Of a stretch of DNA of 64,000 nucleotides, positions 57,401 through 64,000 are shown one piece after another (position 1 is the first letter of the stretch; the number at the start of each line of letters is the position of its first letter). The stretch is from Rhynchopus sp. YZ270_cl-10 (lineage: Eukaryota): positions 1,054,001-1,118,000 of the forward strand of contig OZ037833.1 of assembly GCA_964035575.1 (NCBI GenBank), read 5' to 3'. The notes under the pieces are model-generated. The model searched no databases, had not been told where the DNA came from, and saw only the letters and a program-made list of their open reading frames with translations. Position numbers and translations under genes: made by a program.

Positions 57401-60400
57401 CCGGCACGCCCTGTGTCACACGTCCCAGGGCAGGTGCACGGCACACGCACTCCCAGTCTCCGGGCGAACGTGCGTCCTTGTTCGTGTCCTCACACTGCGT
57501 ACCTGCCGCAGTGCAGATGTCCGACGGGCAGCCGTCGCACACCGCAGCACACTCGTCCAGCTGGCACACCGCCACGCCTCCCTTCTTCGATCCTGTCGAG
57601 GGGGTCGGGCATGTGCAAGTCCAGTCGCTCAGCGAGGCTGCGTCCGTGTTCGCGTCTGTGCACGTCTGACCCGCGGCCGCGCACACCGACTTCCCGCATG
57701 TCGGGCACTCCTCCTCACACTCGTCGAGCACACACACTGTCGCCTCACCCTGCTTCTGCGGTCCTGTGGCAGGCGGCACGCACTCGCACACCCAGTCGTT
57801 GTGTGCCTTCAGGTCCGGGTCGTAGCAGCCCTGGTTCGACGACGTGCACACCTCGCGGATTGCGTCAATTCTGCACTCGCTCGACGGCGGGTTGCAGTCT
57901 GCCAGTCCTCCCAGCTGCGACGCGTTCACGCCCGCGTGTGCCACACACTCGCACGCCCACGTCCCAGCCTCCGCATGGTTGGTGTCAACACACAGCTGAC
58001 CGCTTGACTGGCACACAGCACCTTCGGTCTTGCACTCGTCCACCAGGCACACGGCCACAGCCTGCATCCCCGTCCCAACCGACGGCGGCACGCACACACA
58101 CGTCCAGTCGCCTTCGTGACCAGGCTCCCAGTTCGGGTCCACGCAGCGCTGCCCCTTGGCCTCACACACAGACTCCTTCGCAGGGTCCGCACACTCGTCC
58201 ACATCGCACGTCGCCACGTGTGCACGCGCAGTTCTGTTCCCCGGAGACGGGCACGTGCACGTCCAGTCCCCAGCAGACGACGCGTTGTGGTTCGGGTCCT
58301 CGCACACCTGCCCAGCCTGCTCGCACAGGTTCACTGCGTTCCGGTCGTTCGACGGCATCGCAGACGGGGTGCTTGTGTTCGTCCATGTCGTGCACTCGTC
58401 GACAACGCAGTCTGCCACACCCATGTTACGCTTGAACTTCTCGTTCGGTGGCGGGCAGACACACTTCCAGAAGCCCGCCATGTCCTTCTCCTCGTCAACA
58501 CAGGTCTGTCCCGCAGCCGTGCACACGTGTCCGTACAGCTCACACTCGTCCACCTGGCACTTTGCCGCCGCTGCCACCTGCGACCCCACGTACGGTGCCA
58601 CACATGTGCAGGTCCAGTCTCCAAGCGACTGCGCCGACAGGTCCGGGTCGTAGCACACCTGTCCCACGTCGGAACACGTCTTCTCGTGGAAGTCGCACTC
58701 GTTCGTCGAGCACTTGGCCGCCCCCGCAGTTGCTGTCCCAGTCGACGGCTGCTTGCACTCGCAACGCCAGTCTCCCTTGGTTGTTGTCGACGGGTCGACG
58801 CAGTCCTGTCCCGCACCCGTGCAGGTCGACGCGTGCGACGAGCACTCGTCCTCCACACACACCGCCGCACCTGCGACCTTCGACCCAGACGAGGGTGCAA
58901 TGCACCTGCACTCCCATGTGTTCAGCCCAAGCACAGAGTCCTGGTTCTCATCCACGCACGTCTGTCCCGCTGCCTTGCACACGTCCTTCGCGCACGTCGC
59001 ACACGAGTCCACACACTCGTCGAGGATGCAGAACGCCGGCCCTGCAACCTTCAGCAGACCGTGGCTCGGCGGCGTGCACAGGCAGCGCCAGTCGTCCAGG
59101 ATCGTCATGTCCGGGTCCTCGCAGATCTGCCCACGGCTCTCGCAGACACCAGCCTTCACAGGGTCCTTGCACTCTCCCTCGTGCACGCACTCAGCTGCTG
59201 CCGCCACTGCCGTCTGTGTGGCCGGGGGCTCGCAGTGGCACTCCCAGTCGTGCAGCACGTCCGCACTCTTGTCGGGGTCGACACACGTCTGTCCGTGTCC
59301 CGTGCACACGTGGCCGTGGTTCGTGCACTCGTCCACAGTGCATGCCGCCACTCCTGCAATTGCCGCCCCTGTCGCAGGTGTCAGGCAGTGGCACTCCCAG
59401 TCTCCAAGGCTTGCCGCCCCGTGGTTCGGGTCCACACACGACTGGTGTGCGGCCTGGCACACGTAGCCGTGTCCCACGCACTCGTCGACAGGGCACTCCG
59501 CCACAGACACCTTCGCAGTCACAGACGACGGCGCCGGGCACACACACTCCCAGTCGTTCTGGCTTCCAAACGCTGTGTTCGGGTCCACACAGGTCTGTCC
59601 TGCCCCTGTGCACAGGTCCTTCTCGCACGTTGCGCACGTCGCCACGCACTCGTCCAGCACACACGAGGCAGCAGCAGCCACAGCAGTTCCCGACGCCGGC
59701 GTCTGGCACCTGCACTCCCAGTCGTTCAGACGGGTGCGGTCCACGTCGACACACTCCTGCGGCGGCGACGCACCCTCGCAGATGCGTCTGTTCTCCACAC
59801 ACTCGTCCACCTCGCACACAGCGGCCCCCATCAGCTGCGTGCTCGACGACGGCGGCGCGCACAGGCACTCCCAGTTGTTGTCCACCTGGGTGTCGATGTC
59901 CAGACAGGTCTGGTTTGCCCCCTTGCACACATCCTCGTGCAGCAGGCACTCGTCCTTCACACACTCTGCAGGTGCTCCTGTCTTCGTTCCGTGGCGCGGT
60001 GGCGGGCACACGCAGTCAAAGTCGTTCAGCGTGTCGAGGTGCGAGTCGTGGCACAGCTGCCCGTTGTCCACACACACAGCCCCGTTCACCTTCCCGCCCA
60101 GCATGTCCGCACACTCGTCGACACTGCACACCGCCAGCCCAGCCTTCACAAACTTCTCCTCAAACGGCGGCGGGCAGCGGCACTCCCAGTCCCCCTTCGA
60201 GTCTGCCGCAGTGTTCACGTCCTTGCACGTCTGTCCCTCCTTCGTGCACAGGTTCCCACCTCCGGTGTCCGCACACGTCGGGCATGCCACAGCACACTCG
60301 TCAAGCACGCACAGCACAACGGGCTTCCCGACAGCCAGCCCAGTCCCCACCTTGCACTGGCAGTACCAGTCCCCGTCGTTGTGGATGTCCGGGTCCACGC

Positions 60401-63400
60401 AGGTCTGGTCCTGCTGTGCGCACACGTTCCCCTGGCCGTTGTCCTTGTCCGCACACCCGCTGCACTTCGTCGAGCACTCGTTCAGCGAGCACTTTCCAAC
60501 AGCCGCCTGTGCTGCCGACCCACTGTACGGTGCCGGGCACGAGCACTCCCAGGTTCCCTCCTCCTCCTGGTTCGTGTCCACACACAGCTGGTCCGTCCCG
60601 CACACGTCCTTGTTCCCCGGTGCGCTGCACTCGTCGTACATGCATGTCGCCACCGCCCCGTTGGTCATCGTGTTCGTCGACGGCGGAGGGCACTTGCACA
60701 GCCAGTCGCGCTTGTACTTCGGGTCCGTGTTCGGGTCCTCGCACAGCTGCCCCTTGTCCGAGCACGTCTTCACTGCACAGTGGTCGCAGTCCGCCACGCA
60801 CTCGTCCAAAAGGCAGTTTGCGGGTGCCGTCACTCCGGGTGTGCCCGTCGCAGGCGCCACACAGACACAGCTCCAGTCGTTCAGCGTCTTCATGTCCGGC
60901 TCCTCACACGTCTGCCCGTGCAGCTCGCACACCTGCGTTGTCGCCCCCGCCTGCTTTGCGCACGTCGGGCACACCTCCAGGCACTCGTCAATCTTGCAGT
61001 CGGCAATCCCCTTCGTCACAGGCGTTCCCTTCAGCGGCGCAATGCACTGGCACTCCCAGTCGTCCAGCACCGCTGCGTTCGGGTCCACACAGTGCTGTCC
61101 GGCACCAGTGCACAGGGTGTTGTCCTTGCACTCCTCCGACGGCTTGCACTCTGCGGGCTTCTGCGCCCCCGCCAAACCCAGGTCCGGTGCAATGCACTCG
61201 CACAGCCAGTTGTCGTGCACCTGCTTGTTCGGGTCCGTGCACGACTGCCCGGCACGCATGCACACCTCCTCGTGCTCCTGGCACTCGTCCTCCTCACACG
61301 TCGCGTTACCCATGAGCTGGGTCCCGGTCGCAGGCGCGAGGCATTCACACTGCCACGTGTCCGGCGCAGTCAGGTCAGGGTCGTAGCAGTGCTGCCCCAG
61401 CGCGCACACCTTCCCGTCGCACTCGTCAATCTCGCACTCCGCACGGTTCCCAATCGCCACCGTGTTCGACGGCGGCAGACACACACAACGCCAGTCGTTC
61501 GTCGACGTCGGCGACTGGTCCGGGTCCTCGCACGTCTGGTCCCCACACGCCCCCTTCGCGCATGTTGGGCAGGGCACACCTGGGGGCGGCTCCGCGCACT
61601 CGTCCAGCAGACACTTCGCCACAGGGCCGCCGACAGCGGTGCCCTGGCTCGGCGCGCGGCATTTGCACGTCCAGTCGTTCAGGCTCGTCCCGGCAGTGTT
61701 CGGGTCTGCACAGTCCTGCCCAGCCTCTGCGCACACATTAGTTCCGTTGTCGGTCGCACACGTCGGGCAGATCTCAATGCACTCGTCAATCTCGCACACC
61801 GCAACGCCCTGCGCACCCGTCTTCGGGGGGCCCACAACACACTCGCACTGCCAGTTCATCAACGCACCGTGGTCCGCGTCAACACACTTCTGTCCAGCGT
61901 TCGTGCACACAGCCCCGTGCGTCACGCACTCGTCCTCCTCACACACCGCAGGGCTCTGCAGACCCTTCGGCCCGGTCTTCGGGAGCACGCACTCACACCA
62001 CCAGTCCTTCTCCGTCTTCTCATCCGGGTCCACACACTTCTGCCCCACATCCGTGCACACGTTCGTCTGCCCGTTCGGGATTCCGGGAATCGGGTCGCGC
62101 AGCGGCCTGCCCCCGTCAGCCGGGACCTGGCCCGCAGACAGACAGAACTGCTTCGACTCCGCAAGGCAGTGCGGCTTGTTCTTGTTGTAGTCGTCCGCCG
62201 TGTCCACAAGGCACCACGACGACTTCTCGTGCATCGGGTTGCAGCATCCGTCCGTGCATGGCTCCGTCTGCTTGAACTCGTCGCTCGTCCATCCACACTG
62301 GCACAGACACCCGTCCAGCGAGTACCGCGGGGTGTGCTTGCACTGCACAGCGTCCGACCGCTCCACACACTCGTCAAACCCGTCCCGACAATCTGCCACA
62401 GTCGTCGTCACCGCAGTCTTTGTGCTTGGCGGCGGGCACTTGCAGAGCCAGTCGTTCAGGTTCGTGTGTGTCGGCTGCGGGTCCTCGCAGAGCTGACCTG
62501 CAGCCGTGCACACGTTCCCGTTCCCGTTGTCCTTGTCGGCACACGTCGGGCACTTCACCGCACACTCGTCCAGCGAGCACGACGCCACCGCGTGCTGCGG
62601 CGCAGTTCCGTGTGCAGGCGCCACGCAGTGGCACTCCCAGTTTCCGAGCGACGTGATGTCCGTGTCCACACAGACCTGGTGGCTGTCTTCGCACACCTTC
62701 TTGATGTCGGCCAGCGTGCACTCGTCCACCTCGCACACGGCCACACCAGCAACCTGTGTCGAGTTCGACGGCGGCGGGCACACACACTCCCACGACGCCG
62801 CAGCCTTGTGGTCCACATCCACACACGACTGTCCGGCCCCAACACAGATCTGCTCTCTCGTCCTGCACTCGTCCTCCTCGCAGTCCGCAACAGCCGTCAG
62901 TGCCGTCCCCACCTTCGGGTCCACGCAGTGGCACTCCCAGTCGCTCACCGTCGTCAGGCTCTTCTCCACACACGTCTGCCCCTTCTCCTCGCAGAGGTTC
63001 TGCGTCCCCTGTGCCGTGCTCGCACACGTCGGGCACACAGCCTTGCACTCGTCCAGCTCACACACTGCAGGTGCCGTCACCTTCGACCCCGTGTACGGCG
63101 TCCTGCACTTGCACTGCCAGTCCCCAAGTTTCAGGTGTCCCAGGTTCAGGTCCTCGCAGTCCTGTCCCGCGTCCTCGCACTTGTTCGTCGGCGATGAGTC
63201 AGTCTGTGCACACGTCGGGCACACAGCCTTGCACTCGTCAAGCTCGCACACTGCAGGCACGTGCTGTCCGGGTGTTCCGGTTGCTGGCGGAATGCACTCG
63301 CACACAACCTTCTTGTCGAGCGCCGTCCCTGTCGTGCACGACTGCCCCGCAACGTGGCAGATGTCTCCAAACGTCTCACAGTCGCCCGGCGGGTCCTTGC

Positions 63401-64000
63401 AGATAGCAGGCTTCCCGTTCACCGGTGCCCCCACAAGCGTCTGCGGCGGCACACACTCGCACTTCCACGAGTCCGGCTTCTCCTTCTCCGGGTCCACACA
63501 CGTCTGTCCCACAGTCTGGCATGTCATACTGTTCAGGCTGCACTCGTCAAACATGCAGTCCTTCGCAGCCGCCCCCACAAGCGACGCCGTGCTCGGTGGC
63601 GGGCACACACACTTCCAGTCATCTGGGTTCTGCTGGTTCGGGTCCACACACGTCTGTCCCGCATCCTCGCACACCTTCTTCGTCGACGCATCCTCACACT
63701 CGTCCACTGGCGGCGCAGGTGTCGGCACAGCGGTCGGTGCAATTGTCGGTGGTGCCGGTGTCTCGGGCACGTCTGTTGGCGGTGCAGGTGTTGGCGGCGC
63801 AGACGTTGCTGGCGGCTGTGTTGGCGGTGCTGCTGTCTCCGGCACAGGTGTCGGTGGCGCAAGCGTTGCTGGTGCCGGCGTCGGCGGCACCGGTGTCAGC
63901 GGGATCAGCGTGCACTCATCCGGGGCGTTTGGTCCGGTCCACGTGCAGAGCGGGTTCGTGTCGCACTTCTCCTCCGTGCACAGGTCGTAGCACACCGACT
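43613..64000 (-). CDS. Giant cysteine-repeat (EGF-like) type-I membrane protein, 5'-partial; exons >64000-52883, 45643-45497, 45111-43790, 43717-43613; about 4,230 aa in the window
   Basis: The ORF is open to the window edge. It has dozens of DEC..C..GQxCxD..DWxCxC..C units and a Pro/Thr linker. GT..AG introns (phases 1, 1, 0) join the repeat exons in frame. TM helix WWWLLLLLLLCCCLLLAFLLF is followed by an acidic tail. Confidence 0.9.
46651..51734 (-). mobile_element. Decayed tyrosine-recombinase retrotransposon (VIPER/TATE/Ngaro-like) with split direct repeats
   Basis: Minus-strand layout is A1(51734-51309), body, B1(47321-47267), A2(47261-46838), B2(46705-46651). Relic motifs: RNase H LTVWTDASS/WGVY, RT-like GVAWDDSLLVLG, YR-like RCVTRLWHRGLRVEDTAAFS. 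Confidence 0.75.
50841..51295 (-). mobile_element. Putative non-LTR/SINE-like insertion flanked by a 129-bp duplication
   Basis: 50712-50840 is repeated at 51296-51424. The left end (TTTGTTGTATCGACAATCAC...) recurs at about 9924, and its continuation recurs at about 40993. Confidence 0.6.

Noticed and set aside
52905..63990. Long plus-strand ORFs (up to 1693 aa) opposite the giant gene
   Set aside because: Antisense shadows of a GC-rich repetitive CDS; no independent motifs.

Overview
This is eukaryotic genomic DNA, most likely euglenozoan (diplonemid-like). That assignment is an inference: every credible gene lies on the minus strand as one directional cluster, spliceosomal introns have GTATG donors, and pyrimidine-rich AG acceptors precede start codons. 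Genes in transcription order (right to left): a >4,200-aa cysteine-repeat type-I membrane protein (5' end outside the window), a small Cys-rich membrane protein, a charged hypothetical protein, a coiled-coil protein, a GT64+GT4 glycosyltransferase fusion, a MORN/RSPH10B-like protein, JMJD7, WASHC4 (4 exons), a Lys-rich hypothetical protein and a CIPK-like kinase (4 exons). Introns and spacers are packed with mobile DNA: many MITEs, a 1.2-kb foldback palindrome, microsatellites and a hAT transposase relic. One 7.2-kb intron is a four-level nest of elements that includes a decayed tyrosine-recombinase retrotransposon with split direct repeats. The most striking unexplained pattern is about ten families of short (mostly 35-100 bp) dispersed repeats, roughly 45 copies counted by eye, all in one orientation relative to the gene cluster. 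All calls come from reading motifs by eye; no searches were run.
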